Shown here piece by piece: positions 42,412 through 52,615 of a DNA stretch of 64,000 bases. Both the position numbers and the translations under genes were made by a program. The DNA comes from Gemmatimonadaceae bacterium (GTDB taxonomy: Bacteria > Gemmatimonadota > Gemmatimonadetes > Gemmatimonadales > Gemmatimonadaceae). Numbering within the stretch: the first letter of the stretch is position 1; every line of letters begins with the position of its first letter. Below the pieces are notes generated by a model. It saw only the letters and a program-made list of their open reading frames with translations. It was not told the DNA's origin and ran no database searches. The DNA is taken from contig DASURL010000147.1 of assembly GCA_036280075.1 (NCBI GenBank), positions 95 to 64,094 of the forward strand, given 5' to 3'.

Positions 42412-43638
42412 CTACCGCACCTTCACGGCCTCCGATGCGCCTCCGCGCTTCACGCCGCCGTCGCCCCACGTGCCCTTGCCGCTCAGGCCATCGAACACCA
42501 GCTGCACCGGCACCGGTCCCGGGATGTGGATGTCGTAGCGCAGCGTGTCCCCCTGCATGACCACGTCGTACAGGGAGTGCACGTCGTCCTCGCCCACGTC
42601 GCGCGCTCCAGCCACGAGCTTGCCGTTCTCACGGCGGATCTCCATCACCCCCGTGTTCGCTCGCGACCCCACATGCGTCGTCGTGCGGTACACGCCGACC
42701 GGGTCGCGCGAAGGGGGGGTCGGCACCACGCCTCCACCACCCGCGTCGGTGAGCACCGTGATCGGGGCGATCGGGCCCACCCAGAGCCTGCCGTGCGCGA
42801 GGTCCACCGTCCACACCGCACGCTCGATGAATCCCGCGCTCAGTACGCCGTCGTGGATCATGTTCCCCTTGGTCATCATCGGGATCATCACTTCCAGGCC
42901 CGGAGCGAGCGCCACGGGCAGGTCGGTCATCCGGCTCGTGCTGTCGCCGCCGAGCAGCGCGAGCGCCTCCGGCGACACCAGCGTGGAAGCGTTGTTCTCC
43001 GAGTCCCACTCGAACCAGAGCATCGCGCCATTGCGCGCGCGAAGACCCACGTACACCGTGAGCTGGCCGCCATGCTCGCCCGTCGCAAGGCGCATCGGCA
43101 GCGGCGTCATGTGACGCACCCGTGCCGCCAGGCTCGTCGGCGTCTCGACGACCATTCGCTCGCGCGCCAGGTCCAAGGTGAGCGCCCGCCCCTCGAACGC
43201 ATTGAGCGACACGAGCCCGCGCACCGCGGGCGCACCGGGACCGAGCAGCCTGGCGAGGTCCATCACGCCGGCGTCGGTCGTCACGCTGAACGGGCCGACG
43301 CCGAGCGTGACGTTCGCACAGGTGCGCCCCGACAGCGCCTCGCCGGTGAGCCGCACGCCGAATCCTCGGCCGCCCGGCGTGCACCCGAGCCGTGCGGAGT
43401 CCTGGGGCGAGATGACGGTGACGCCGCCCCCGGTGTCGAACAGGTAGTCCGCGCTGTCGGCGCCGACGGACACCCTGATCGTGCGGAGGTGGCCCGGCCC
43501 GCGCGTGAACGGTATGGCCACCGGCGCCGACAGCGACGCCGTGGACGTCGCAGCAGTCAGGTTCTGCTGCGCCACCGCGCGTGCCGGCAGCAGGCAGGAG
43601 AGCAGGGCGCCGACCGCGCCCGACATGATCGATCGCAT
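42412..43638 (-). CDS. Secreted retropepsin-like (clan AA) aspartic protease-domain protein
   Basis: Signal peptide (LLSCLLPARAVAQQ), a YLFDTGGGVTVISP D-T-G motif, and a C-terminal beta-rich domain. Start at MRSIMSG (43638) or 43665. Confidence 0.6.
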   Translation of the reverse strand: MRSIMSGAVGALLSCLLPARAVAQQNLTAATSTASLSAPVAIPFTRGPGHLRTIRVSVGADSADYLFDTGGGVTVISPQDSARLGCTPGGRGFGVRLTGEALSGRTCANVTLGVGPFSVTTDAGVMDLARLLGPGAPAVRGLVSLNAFEGRALTLDLARERMVVETPTSLAARVRHMTPLPMRLATGEHGGQLTVYVGLRARNGAMLWFEWDSENNASTLVSPEALALLGGDSTSRMTDLPVALAPGLEVMIPMMTKGNMIHDGVLSAGFIERAVWTVDLAHGRLWVGPIAPITVLTDAGGGGVVPTPPSRDPVGVYRTTTHVGSRANTGVMEIRRENGKLVAGARDVGEDDVHSLYDVVMQGDTLRYDIHIPGPVPVQLVFDGLSGKGTWGDGGVKRGGASEAVKVR

Positions 43639-43746
43639 GGGAGAATGAATGACGGGGGTGCACACGAAGTGGCTGTGCCCCTCTCGGACAGCCCGTTCAC
43701 GAAATTGGTTGACCGCGCCTGTCTTCTCCCCTTCTCCCCTTCTCCC

Positions 43747-44820
43747 CTACCGCCGTATCGCCACCCCCCACGGCGATCGACCCACCGGGATCCGGTGCAC
43801 GACTTCCATCGCCTTCGTGTCGATCACGCTCACGTCGTTCCCCGGTCCGTTCGCCGTGTACAGCCAGCGCCCGTCGTTCGACAACGCCAGTCCCCACGGA
43901 CGCACGCCAACCTGCACGGTGTTCAGCACCGAGTCGCGGCCGGCGTCGATCACCGAGACCGTGCCGCCGCGGCCGTTCGACACGTACACGCGCTGGCCGT
44001 CGCGAGACACGGCGATGCCCATCGGGCGCGCGCCAGCGGGGAGGGCGATCGTGTGGCGCAGGCTGCGCGTGACGGCGTCGATCACCGACACCGTACCCGA
44101 CTGCTCGTTGCTCACGTACGCCTTGCTTCCGTCGGGGAGGAAGCCCACGGCGCGCGGCCGCTTGCCGCCGGTGACGACCGTCGCCAGCGCCTTGCCGCTC
44201 GCGACCTCCACCACCGTCACGGTGTGGTCGCCTTCGCTCGTCACCCACACCGTCCTGCCGTCCGGGGAGACGGTCACTCCTTCCGGCTCCCGTCCCACCT
44301 TCACGTTCGAGGTGGGCCGCCCGCTCGCGATGTCCACGATGGTGAGGGAATCGGCGTCTTCGTTCGACACGAACAGCGTACGGCCGTCGGCGCTCACGTC
44401 GAACGTCTCCGGGTCGAGCCCGGCCGGGAGGACCTGCGTCGTCTTTCGCGAAGCGGCGTCCACCACCGCGATCCCATCCAGCCTCCGATCGGGGATCTTC
44501 CTGGCGCACTCGGCATCCGACATCGTCGGCGGGCATTTGGGCGATCCGCTCAGCGCGACGTACACCGCGCGGCCATCCGGACTGACCTTCACTCCTCGCG
44601 GCCGCGTGCCGACCTCGATCGTCGCGACGACGGCGTTGGTCCCGCCGTCGATGACGCTGAGGTCGCGGGTGTCCTCGTTCGAGACGTAGATCATCTGGCC
44701 TGCGGCGAGGGCCGGGTTCGCGCGCGCCGCATCCGCGGGCCGCGCCGAGTCCGCCCGGTCGCTGCGTGCGCTACAGGCCGCGAGGACAGGAAGGAGCAGG
44801 ATCGAGGATCGAAAGGCCAA
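43747..44820 (-). CDS. YVTN-family beta-propeller repeat lipoprotein
   Basis: 357 aa with lipobox VLAACS. Seven-fold repeats of the type G..P.G[VI]..SPDG...YV.N....VSVID. Confidence 0.8.
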   Translation of the reverse strand: MAFRSSILLLPVLAACSARSDRADSARPADAARANPALAAGQMIYVSNEDTRDLSVIDGGTNAVVATIEVGTRPRGVKVSPDGRAVYVALSGSPKCPPTMSDAECARKIPDRRLDGIAVVDAASRKTTQVLPAGLDPETFDVSADGRTLFVSNEDADSLTIVDIASGRPTSNVKVGREPEGVTVSPDGRTVWVTSEGDHTVTVVEVASGKALATVVTGGKRPRAVGFLPDGSKAYVSNEQSGTVSVIDAVTRSLRHTIALPAGARPMGIAVSRDGQRVYVSNGRGGTVSVIDAGRDSVLNTVQVGVRPWGLALSNDGRWLYTANGPGNDVSVIDTKAMEVVHRIPVGRSPWGVAIRR

Positions 44821-44950
44821 GTGAGTTCTCCCTGTGTTTCGTGATCTTCCCCTGACGACGCGGAGCGTCGACTCGAGCTCTGGCGGACGGAGAGCGCACG
44901 ACGACAGCTCGTCCCGTCGACGGCTTGACCCCGATCATACGGCAAAGCAC

Positions 44951-44984
44951 GAGCCCCCGGCAGCCGATCGGCTGCCGGGGGCTC
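44951..44984 (-). terminator. Intrinsic-terminator-like hairpin after the nuclease gene
   Basis: GAGCCCCCGGCAGCC-GATC-GGCTGCCGGGGGCTC is a perfect 15-bp stem 20 nt downstream of the stop at 45004. Confidence 0.65.
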
Positions 44985-45003
44985 GAGGTGCGTCGATCCG
45001 GAT

Positions 45004-47541
45004 CTATCGGATGCTGGCGATCACTCGCTGCGCGTACGTCAGCAGCGCCGCCGCATCGGCCTCACTCACGCGGCCCGAGCGGACCATCGCATTGAGCTCG
45101 TTCACGAACGCCTCCACCTGGTTCGCGGCCGGCGTCCCGTTGCCCTTGCCGAGCTGGTTCGCCGCGGCGTCGAGCTTCGCCTGGAGCGAGTTCGCGTTCG
45201 GCAGCTCCGCCGCCGCGAGCATCGCCGCCAGGTTCTGCACGCCCTGCAGCGACGACTGCACCGTGACCGTGGCGCTCGCCGAGCCGGTGGCGCCGGAGTT
45301 GTCACGCACCGTCGCCGTGACGGTGAAGCTCCCCGACCGCGAGTAGCTGTGCGACAGCGAGAAGCTCATTCCGCTGATGGCGAGGGACGTGATGCTGCCG
45401 TCGCCGTAGTTCGCCGTCCCCGTCCAGCTGTCACCCGGCTCGTCGGTGAAGCTGCCGGTTGCCGCGTACGTCTCGCCGACGAGGATCGTCGCGCCGGCGA
45501 AGGCATTCACCACCGGAGCGCAGTTGCGCTGCTCCACCTTGCACTGGATCGCCTCCGGCAGCGACGACAGGAAGTCATAACCCGTGGACGTCTGGATCTT
45601 CGCCACGGTCGTGCGGAAGTCGCGCCAGTCGTTGCTTCCGGGGTTGTCCACGTTCGGCATGTTCACGGCGAAGACGTTCACGTCGCTCGCCGACGTCACG
45701 TCGTCGAGCCCTTCGCCAGCCGGCATCATCACGACGATCTTCCAGGTGGAATCCGGGATCGCGATCTTGCCGAGATTGTTCACCGTGCCGAGGCCGGTGC
45801 CGCCGGTGAAGATGCCGCCGGCGATGATGTACGCCTCGCGGCCCGTGCGCACCGAGTCGCGCAGCTCGTTCTCGAGGTCTTCCCACGGGCCGGCGTTGAG
45901 GCCGTGCTTCTGCGGCAGGAAGTTGGTGAGGAAGAAGGTTGCCGCGTTCTCGCCGTCCGTCGTCGTCTGGTCGGCTGACGGCTCCATGTGCCCGCGATCG
46001 TAGCCCGATCCGATGTAGTCGAGCGTCGTGTACATCTGGCTGGCAAAGCCCAGGCGCACGAGCGCCGTGTCGGCGGAGTAGCAGTCACACCGGTTGCGGC
46101 TGCCGAGGTGGGTGGCGCTCAGGTCCCAGCTCACCCAGTTCGGGCCGCCGCGCTGCGGGTTGTAGGAGATCGTGTACTGCTTCCGCGCGATGATGACGTC
46201 GTTGCTCGCGTCGTGGTCCGTCGGGACGCCGAACTCCACGTTGTGGCCAGCGCGCGCGCTGCTCGAGTAGAAGGGCACCTCGGTGCTCAGCGAGACGGTG
46301 GCGAAGCTGCCGTCGGGCGCTGTCGCCTTGAGCGTCACCCTGCCGTCGCCCGCGGCGGTCACCAGGCCCCGCGAGTCCACCGTCGCGATGGCCGGATCCG
46401 AGCTGCTGAAGGTGACGGTGTTGAAGTTGATCGGCTGGTCGGAGTCGTCCGTGCCGCCGACGAACAGCACCGCCTGGTAGCCGATGACGAGCGGCGACGT
46501 GCTGACGGTCATCGTCATGTGGCCCAGCACGCGGGGGATCACCGTGAGGTCGGCGCTGCCACCGTGCGTGTGGCCCTTCGAGGTAGCGCTCACCGAGATC
46601 GTCACCGGTCCGCCCTCGGCGAGGCCGGTGACGGTGGCCTGGTTGCCGCTCGTGGCGGTCACCTTGGCGATGCTCTCATCGCTCGACGTCCACACGTAGG
46701 TCGCGGCGGCGTCGTCGATCGGGATGTTGCGCGCGTCCTGCAGGGTGGCGGTGAACGTCACCGTGCGGCCGCGCTCCACCGTGCTGCCGCCGGAAACGGC
46801 CACGTGGTCGAATGGGCCGGCCACCACACCGCCGCCATTCGGCGGGCTGCTGCTGTTGCGCGGCGCGACCGTCGCCGCCGCGAAGTCGTCGGCGTTGTCG
46901 TCGGTGTCCTGGTTGCCGTCCTGCTTGCGGAAGATGGCCTTGTCGTTGCCGCCGGCACCCGGCGCCGCGGCCGTGCCCTCGTAGTAGTTGGCGCTGCCAA
47001 AGCCGACGAGGTCGATGATGTGCGCTGCCTGGGTCGCGGAGCAGGGGGTGGAACCGCCGTTGCAGCCGAGGCTCGTCGCCTGGTCGGCGAGGGCCACCTT
47101 GCCCGCGCTCGCGCTCAGGTTCAGGCCACCGGTGGCGTCCGGTGCCGGGAGATCGGTGCCGGTGGATCCACCAGCGAGCTGCACCAGGTAGTAGCCGCCC
47201 GGGGCGATCGAGCCGTGCAGCGCGGCGGGCTGGAAGGCGCCGGTGCCCGTGGCGCTCGCATACTGGACCGACCACCCCTCGACGGAGACCGTCGCCGGTC
47301 CCGCGTTGTGCAGCTCGACGAAGTCGTGGTTGTAGGTGGCGGCGCTGTTGCCGCCGCCACCGTAGATCTGGCTGATGACGACACCGCCGCCCTTCGACAG
47401 GTCGAGGGCGGCGCGGTCCTGCGGCCTCAGCCCGCTGATGCGGTCAGCGGAGACGCAGGCGACGAAGAGCGCGGCCGGAGCGACGGCAAGAAGCCACTTG
47501 CGGCGCGCCGAGGATGGCGAGCCGGTTGGAATCGACGACAT
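45004..47541 (-). CDS. Secreted multidomain DNA/RNA non-specific endonuclease (LTD + Big_2-like + NUC + PKD-like + helical C-terminal module)
   Basis: 845 aa. Lamin-tail-like domain (VISQIYGGGGNSAATYNHDFVELHN...WSVQYASATG) and Ig-like repeats. Serratia-type nuclease motifs GYDRGHMEPS and NFLPQKHGLNAGPWEDLE. PKD-like GSFTVTATVRDNSGATG, and a C-terminal LQAKLDAAANQL...AFVNEL helical module. Confidence 0.85.
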   Translation of the reverse strand: MSSIPTGSPSSARRKWLLAVAPAALFVACVSADRISGLRPQDRAALDLSKGGGVVISQIYGGGGNSAATYNHDFVELHNAGPATVSVEGWSVQYASATGTGAFQPAALHGSIAPGGYYLVQLAGGSTGTDLPAPDATGGLNLSASAGKVALADQATSLGCNGGSTPCSATQAAHIIDLVGFGSANYYEGTAAAPGAGGNDKAIFRKQDGNQDTDDNADDFAAATVAPRNSSSPPNGGGVVAGPFDHVAVSGGSTVERGRTVTFTATLQDARNIPIDDAAATYVWTSSDESIAKVTATSGNQATVTGLAEGGPVTISVSATSKGHTHGGSADLTVIPRVLGHMTMTVSTSPLVIGYQAVLFVGGTDDSDQPINFNTVTFSSSDPAIATVDSRGLVTAAGDGRVTLKATAPDGSFATVSLSTEVPFYSSSARAGHNVEFGVPTDHDASNDVIIARKQYTISYNPQRGGPNWVSWDLSATHLGSRNRCDCYSADTALVRLGFASQMYTTLDYIGSGYDRGHMEPSADQTTTDGENAATFFLTNFLPQKHGLNAGPWEDLENELRDSVRTGREAYIIAGGIFTGGTGLGTVNNLGKIAIPDSTWKIVVMMPAGEGLDDVTSASDVNVFAVNMPNVDNPGSNDWRDFRTTVAKIQTSTGYDFLSSLPEAIQCKVEQRNCAPVVNAFAGATILVGETYAATGSFTDEPGDSWTGTANYGDGSITSLAISGMSFSLSHSYSRSGSFTVTATVRDNSGATGSASATVTVQSSLQGVQNLAAMLAAAELPNANSLQAKLDAAANQLGKGNGTPAANQVEAFVNELNAMVRSGRVSEADAAALLTYAQRVIASIR

Positions 47542-47961
47542 CGAGGCGGGGGCGAGGGGACGAGGGACGGCGGCGCGGACGCGAGCCGCAGGAGTGAGCG
47601 CAGAAACTAATGATTATGGTCCGGCTCGCGACAGAGTGATCTTGACACGAGCCAGCCGTCGACGCGCGATGCAATGGCAGCGCCGACCGTGAATTACGCG
47701 CGCGGGTGCGCCAAACTCATGCGGCACCACGGGTTCCGTGTCCACCCCGGCGTCACGACGGGCGCCGGCGGACTGAGGTGTGTGGCGCGCCCGCGACACC
47801 CGGAGTGGCTGCCGCGCCACAGGTGCCGCAGCACTTCCATTGGCGATGGCTCAGCGATGCCCGCGCCTACGCACGCCTGGCGTGACATCCGTCACGCGCA
47901 CCGGCCGAACGAGCCGGTACGGTTCGTGATCGCTCCAGTCTCTCAACCAGTTGCCATCATC

Positions 47962-48225
47962 ATGTCCCACGCCCATCTGCATCTTCAGGCCGATCGCCTC
48001 TACCACTTCGACGCCCGCGGCATCGCCAAGCGCTTCCGGCACGCCGCCATCTTCGGCGCCCTCGATGCGCTCACGCCCGGTGAGACGATGCGCTTCTGCA
48101 ACGATCACGATCCGATCCCGCTCCTTCGCCAGCTCCAGGAGCGGTACGGCGACAACGTGCAGATCAACTACGTGCAGAAGGTGCCGGGTGAGGTGGTGAT
48201 CGATTTCGCGCGGGTAGGGGGCTGA
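47962..48225 (+). CDS. DUF2249-domain protein
   Basis: 87 aa from MSHAHLHLQ. YHFDARG...HAAIFGALDAL.PGETMRFCNDHDPIPLLRQL is typical of DUF2249. The upstream 96 codons of the track ORF are rejected. Confidence 0.7.
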   Translation: MSHAHLHLQADRLYHFDARGIAKRFRHAAIFGALDALTPGETMRFCNDHDPIPLLRQLQERYGDNVQINYVQKVPGEVVIDFARVGG

Positions 48226-48240
48226 TTCGCCGGTACGACA

Positions 48241-48396
48241 ACTACCGTACTTCGTACCACGTACGGCGTACGGCGATTGGCATGCTGGCCCCAGGAATGT
48301 CCCGTTGCGATCGCGATACGGCTGGCCGGTGTGCCGAGATCGCGCATCGGCACATTCCTGGGCAGTGAATGCAATTCGCGGTACGAAGTACGTAGT
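48241..48396. repeat. Long imperfect inverted repeat rich in GTAC motifs, between convergent genes
   Basis: Outer arms ACTACCGTACTTCGTACC (48241-48258) pair with GGTACGAAGTACGTAGT (48380-48396). Inner arms CCCAGGAATGT (48290-48300) pair with ACATTCCTGGG (48352-48362), with further partial pairing inside. It contains seven GTAC-containing motifs (six GTACG plus one GTACT) in total. Confidence 0.65.
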
Positions 48397-48417
48397 ACGA
48401 GGTACGCGCAGTCGTAG

Positions 48418-49575
48418 TCAAAGCGTCTCCAGGCTCGCCCCGCTCGACGCCTCGCAGACGTATACCGCGGGCGCGAGTCCCACTGCACTCTCGTACCGCG
48501 TCGCGACCGCACCGACGAATCGGTCGGCCGCCTCGCGCGCCACGAGAGCCACCGCGCAGCCACCGAATCCCGCGCCCGTCATGCGCGCTCCGTAGCAGCC
48601 GTCCTGCGCAAGGGCGATCTCCACCATCGCATCCAGCTCGACACGCGAGACCTGGAAGTCGTCGCGCAGGCTGCGATGGCTCTCCGCCATCAGCTCGCCC
48701 ACGCGATGGGCATCGCCCTGGCCGAGCGCGTCCGCCGCGGCGAGGACGCGCGCGTTCTCGGTCACCACGTGGCGCGCGCGGCGGCGCGTCACCTCGTCCA
48801 GCATCCCCGCCCGCTCGGCGAACAGGCGCTCGTCCACGTCGCGCAGGGCGCGGACCCCGAACTGTTTCGCTGCACTCTCGCACCGGGCGCGCCGCTCATT
48901 GTACTCCGAGTCCACCAGCCCGCGTCGGGTCGCCGTATCCAGCACCACCACCGCCACGTCACCGGGCAGTGGCACGGCGCGCATGTCGAGCGAGCGACAA
49001 TCGATCAGCAGCGCGTGACCGCTCACCCCGGCCGCCGAGATCAGCTGGTCCATGATGCCGCAGTTCACCCCGACCCAGACGTTCTCCGCGCGCTGCGCGA
49101 GTCGCGCCATCTCGGCGGGGTGCCAGGGCAGGCCGCTCACGGTGGCGAGTGCGCGCGCGGTGGCCAGTTCCAGTGCCGCGCTGGATGACAACCCCGCGCC
49201 GAGCGGCACGTCGCCGGCCACGACGCCCTCCCAGCCCCGGAGGCTGCGACCGTCGCGCTGCGCCCGCTCGCCGAGCGCCCACGTCACGCCGCGCACGTAC
49301 TCGCCCCATCCCCGTTCGCCGTGCTTCACGTCGCTCGCGTCGAACGCGATGTCGCTCTCGAAGTCCAGCGAGTGCGCGCGCACGTGCGAATCGTCGCGCG
49401 CGCGGAGGGCGATCCAGACGGCACGGTCGATCGCCATCGGCAGCACGAAGCCGTCGTTGTAGTCGGTGTGGTCGCCGATGAGGTTGACGCGTCCTGGTGC
49501 ACGGGCGAGCAGCGTTGCCGTCGCGCCACGTCGACGCTCGAATTCGTCCAGGACGCGCTCACGCGGTGTGCTCAT
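48418..49575 (-). CDS. galK: Galactokinase
   Basis: 385 aa from MSTPRERV. Signature [13 protein letters not shown] and GHMP motif [15 protein letters not shown] overlap with galT. Confidence 0.95.
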   Translation of the reverse strand: MSTPRERVLDEFERRRGATATLLARAPGRVNLIGDHTDYNDGFVLPMAIDRAVWIALRARDDSHVRAHSLDFESDIAFDASDVKHGERGWGEYVRGVTWALGERAQRDGRSLRGWEGVVAGDVPLGAGLSSSAALELATARALATVSGLPWHPAEMARLAQRAENVWVGVNCGIMDQLISAAGVSGHALLIDCRSLDMRAVPLPGDVAVVVLDTATRRGLVDSEYNERRARCESAAKQFGVRALRDVDERLFAERAGMLDEVTRRRARHVVTENARVLAAADALGQGDAHRVGELMAESHRSLRDDFQVSRVELDAMVEIALAQDGCYGARMTGAGFGGCAVALVAREAADRFVGAVATRYESAVGLAPAVYVCEASSGASLETL

Positions 49576-50648
49576 GCGGACGCGCGGCGCTGGAGCGTCT
49601 CCGGCAGCTCCCGCAACCGCGCGGCGGCGGCTTCCGCGGTGAGGTCGCGCTGCGGCTCGCCGAGCATCTCGTAGCCGACGAGGAACTTGCGGACCGTGGC
49701 CGACCGAAGGAGCGGCGGGTAGAAGTGGAGGTGCAGGTGCCACTCCGGGTGCGCGGTGCCGTCGGTGGGGGCCTGGTGGATGCCCGCCGAATAGGGGAAG
49801 GAGATGTCGAACAGGTTGTCGTAGCGCGCGGTGAGGCGTTTCACGATGTCGGCGAGCTGATCGCGTTCGGCGTCCGTCAGCCCGCCGAGATGCGGGACCG
49901 GCCGGCGGCTGATCACGATCGTCTCGAACGGCCATACCGCCCAGAACGGCACGAGGGCGACGAAGCCCTCGTTCGCGCAGACGACCCGTTCGCCACGCGA
50001 CAGCTCCAGGGCGAGATAATCGCCGAGCAGCGTGCGGTGATGCCGCTCGAGGTGCTCGCGCTGGCGCTGCAGCTCGAGCGCCGGCTCGCGCGGAATGCTC
50101 GACTGCGCCCAGACCTGGCCATGGGGGTGCGGGTTGCTGCATCCCATCATCTGGCCCTTGTTCTCGAACACCTGCACGTGCGTCACGTCATCGCGAGCGC
50201 CAAGTTCCAGGTATTGTTCGGTCCACACCTCCACGACCCGCCGCAGCTCGGCTGCGGACAGCTCGGGCAGCGAGAGGTCGTGTCGCGGCGAAAAGCAGAT
50301 CACCCGACACAGGCCGCTCTCGGCGCGGGCGACGAGGAGGCCCTCCGCGTCGAACGACTGTGCTGCCTCGGTACCCAGGGGACGCAGGGCCGCGAAGTCG
50401 TTGTCGAAGACGAAGGTGCTCGTGTATGCCGGGTTCCGGACGCCGCCGGCCCGCTCGTTGCCCGGACAGAGGTAGCAGGAGGGGTCGTACTGCGGGCGCG
50501 ACTGCGGCGCGCGCGCTTCCACCTGTCCCTGCCAGGGGCGGCTCATGCGCTGTGGCGACACGAGCACCCATTCGCCGGTCAGCAGGTTGCGCCGGCGGTG
50601 CGGCTCGTCGATGAGCATGGATTGAGCGGAGAGCGAGGGAGACGACAT
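49572..50648 (-). CDS. galT: Galactose-1-phosphate uridylyltransferase
   Basis: 358 aa from MSSPSLSAQ. Zn motif CYLCPGNER and active site HPHGQVW. Confidence 0.95.
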   Translation of the reverse strand: MSSPSLSAQSMLIDEPHRRRNLLTGEWVLVSPQRMSRPWQGQVEARAPQSRPQYDPSCYLCPGNERAGGVRNPAYTSTFVFDNDFAALRPLGTEAAQSFDAEGLLVARAESGLCRVICFSPRHDLSLPELSAAELRRVVEVWTEQYLELGARDDVTHVQVFENKGQMMGCSNPHPHGQVWAQSSIPREPALELQRQREHLERHHRTLLGDYLALELSRGERVVCANEGFVALVPFWAVWPFETIVISRRPVPHLGGLTDAERDQLADIVKRLTARYDNLFDISFPYSAGIHQAPTDGTAHPEWHLHLHFYPPLLRSATVRKFLVGYEMLGEPQRDLTAEAAAARLRELPETLQRRASA

Positions 50649-50705
50649 GGCGGTGATACAGTGAAGCGTGCGGGGCGGAGCGTTGCAAGCGGGCGGCCAC
50701 CCGCC

Positions 50706-51755
50706 GTGGAGGAACGGCCGTTCGGTGCCCTCCCCGATGGCCGGCCAGTGCAGGCCTTCGTCCTGCGCAACGGCGACGTGGAGGTCGAGGCGATCACGTA
50801 CGGGGCGATCATCACGCGCGTGCTCGCGCCTGATCGGCGAGGCGAGCCGGGCGACGTCGTCCTCGGCTTCGATACGCTGGATGAATACCTCGAGCACTCC
50901 CCGTACTTCGGCGCCGTGGTTGGCCGCTACGCGAACCGCATCGCGCACGGGCGCTTCGCGCTCGACGGCGTGACGTACCAGTTGGCGTGCAACGACGGCG
51001 CGAACCACCTGCACGGCGGCGTGCGCGGCTTCGACAAGGTGCTCTGGACGGCAACGCCCCTGTCGGACGACGCCATGCCCGGGGTGACCTTCCTGTACGA
51101 CAGCGCGGACGGCGACGAGGGGTATCCGGGTACGCTGTCGGCTCGGGTGACCTACCGGCTGTCAGGCGACGGCGCGCTGCACGTGCGCTATCACGCGACG
51201 ACCGATCGCGCGACGATCGTGAATCTCACGCAACACAGCTACTTCAACCTCGCCGCTGGCGAGGGGAACGTGCTCGGTCATCAGGTGGTGGTAAACGCGA
51301 GCCGGTTCACCCCGGTGGACGCTGGACTGATCCCGACGGGTGAGCTGCGCCTCGTGGAAGGAACGCCGTTCGACTTCCGCACCCCGGCTGCGCTTGGCGC
51401 GCGCATCGACGAGCCGGACGGCCAGCTCGAGACCGCCGGCGGCTACGACCACAACTTCGTGCTGGATAGTGTCGGTGACCGGGCACTGGTGCTCGCGGCG
51501 CGGGTGGTCGAACCGATGTCGGGCCGCACGCTCGAGCTCCGGACGACGGAGCCCGGCCTTCAGCTTTACTCCGGCAACTTCCTCGACGGCAGCATCATCG
51601 GGAAGGGTGGCCGGCGGTATGCGCACCGCAGCGGATTCTGCCTGGAGACGCAGCACTTCCCGGACTCTCCCAATCACCCGGAGTTTCCGTCCGCAGTCCT
51701 TCGCCCGGATGGGCAATACGAGTCGGAAAGCGTGTTCGTCTTCGGGGTGACGTGA
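50706..51755 (+). CDS. galM: Aldose 1-epimerase (galactose mutarotase)
   Basis: About 349 aa. [15 protein letters not shown] and [14 protein letters not shown] motifs. The start is GTG 50706 or GTG 50661. Divergent from galT. Confidence 0.85.
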   Translation: MEERPFGALPDGRPVQAFVLRNGDVEVEAITYGAIITRVLAPDRRGEPGDVVLGFDTLDEYLEHSPYFGAVVGRYANRIAHGRFALDGVTYQLACNDGANHLHGGVRGFDKVLWTATPLSDDAMPGVTFLYDSADGDEGYPGTLSARVTYRLSGDGALHVRYHATTDRATIVNLTQHSYFNLAAGEGNVLGHQVVVNASRFTPVDAGLIPTGELRLVEGTPFDFRTPAALGARIDEPDGQLETAGGYDHNFVLDSVGDRALVLAARVVEPMSGRTLELRTTEPGLQLYSGNFLDGSIIGKGGRRYAHRSGFCLETQHFPDSPNHPEFPSAVLRPDGQYESESVFVFGVT

Positions 51756-51788
51756 GGAGGTCGTGACACGAGGCGAGCGAACGCAGGA

Positions 51789-51815
51789 AGCCGGATCGAG
51801 CCGACCGATCCGGCT
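51789..51815. terminator. Hairpin between convergent galM and the DUF4142 gene
   Basis: AGCCGGATCG (51789-51798) pairs with CGATCCGGCT (51806-51815) across a 7-nt loop, followed by CTTCGTCT. Confidence 0.5.
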
Positions 51816-51846
51816 CTTCGTCTACGTCGCCTTGTCGCCGCGAGCG

Positions 51847-52467
51847 CTACGGACGGCCGGGTCGCATGCCGTTCATCCCACGGCGTCCCATGCGTCCGCT
51901 GTCGGCGGGAATGCCCATCTGCGCTGCGAGGCCGCGGGCGAGGGCGAGGTGGCGCTCGAGCACGGGGCGAGTGGCATCGATGTCCTGCTGCAGGTCGTCG
52001 TCCTTCGCCACCGCGCGCAGCGAGCCGAGCTCGGCGAGGGCACGCATGTGGTGTCGGATCTGCTGGCTCACGAACATGCGGTCGAAGGTCGAGTCAACCG
52101 CCATCGCCTGCATGCGTGACACCATGCGTCCGGTGAACATGCCCATCGAGTCGGCGGGGTTCGCGGCGCGGCCGATGTCGCGCTTGCCGGCCAGCTTGTG
52201 CAGTGCCGCGAGGTGCTTCGTGTGATCGGTGACGAGGACGTTGGCAAAGTTCCGCACCGCGGCGCTCTTCGTGCGTGCGGCGGCGAGCTGCGCCATCTGC
52301 ACCTCGAGCGAGTCGCCGACGATCAGGTGGTCGACGACCTGCTTCTGGTTGGCCATCACCGGCGCGTTCATCATCCGCCCGCGGGCCGGATTCTGGGCGC
52401 TCGCCGCGAGGGGCGCCATTCCGAGAGCAAGGGTAGCGATTCCGGTAACCAGTCGGCTGCTGTGCAT
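51847..52467 (-). CDS. DUF4142-family secreted protein
   Basis: 206 aa from MHSSRLV, with GGAGGA SD upstream and a signal peptide. Repeated D....E...A..A motifs with FANVLVTDHTKH are typical of DUF4142. Confidence 0.7.
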   Translation of the reverse strand: MHSSRLVTGIATLALGMAPLAASAQNPARGRMMNAPVMANQKQVVDHLIVGDSLEVQMAQLAAARTKSAAVRNFANVLVTDHTKHLAALHKLAGKRDIGRAANPADSMGMFTGRMVSRMQAMAVDSTFDRMFVSQQIRHHMRALAELGSLRAVAKDDDLQQDIDATRPVLERHLALARGLAAQMGIPADSGRMGRRGMNGMRPGRP

Positions 52468-52615
52468 GGTTCCTCCATGGCTGGGAGTCACGCACGCGTG
52501 TGGTGGGAGCACCGTGCCACACGCACGAGTGCGCAAGCGATGAGCCAATGGGGAACCGAGGAGGTGAGAAGCTGAGGAGGTCGACAGCGGCTTCCGACTT
52601 CCCACCTTCCGACCT

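Noticed and set aside
48226-48417. A CRISPR-like or tandem-repeat array suggested by the recurring GTACG motifs, and likewise the repeats at 53286-53438.
   Set aside because: The repeats are 5-12 nt or only 2.3 units, there is no regular repeat-spacer periodicity of 25-40 nt, and no cas genes are present. They are better described as an inverted-repeat hairpin and a short tandem duplication.
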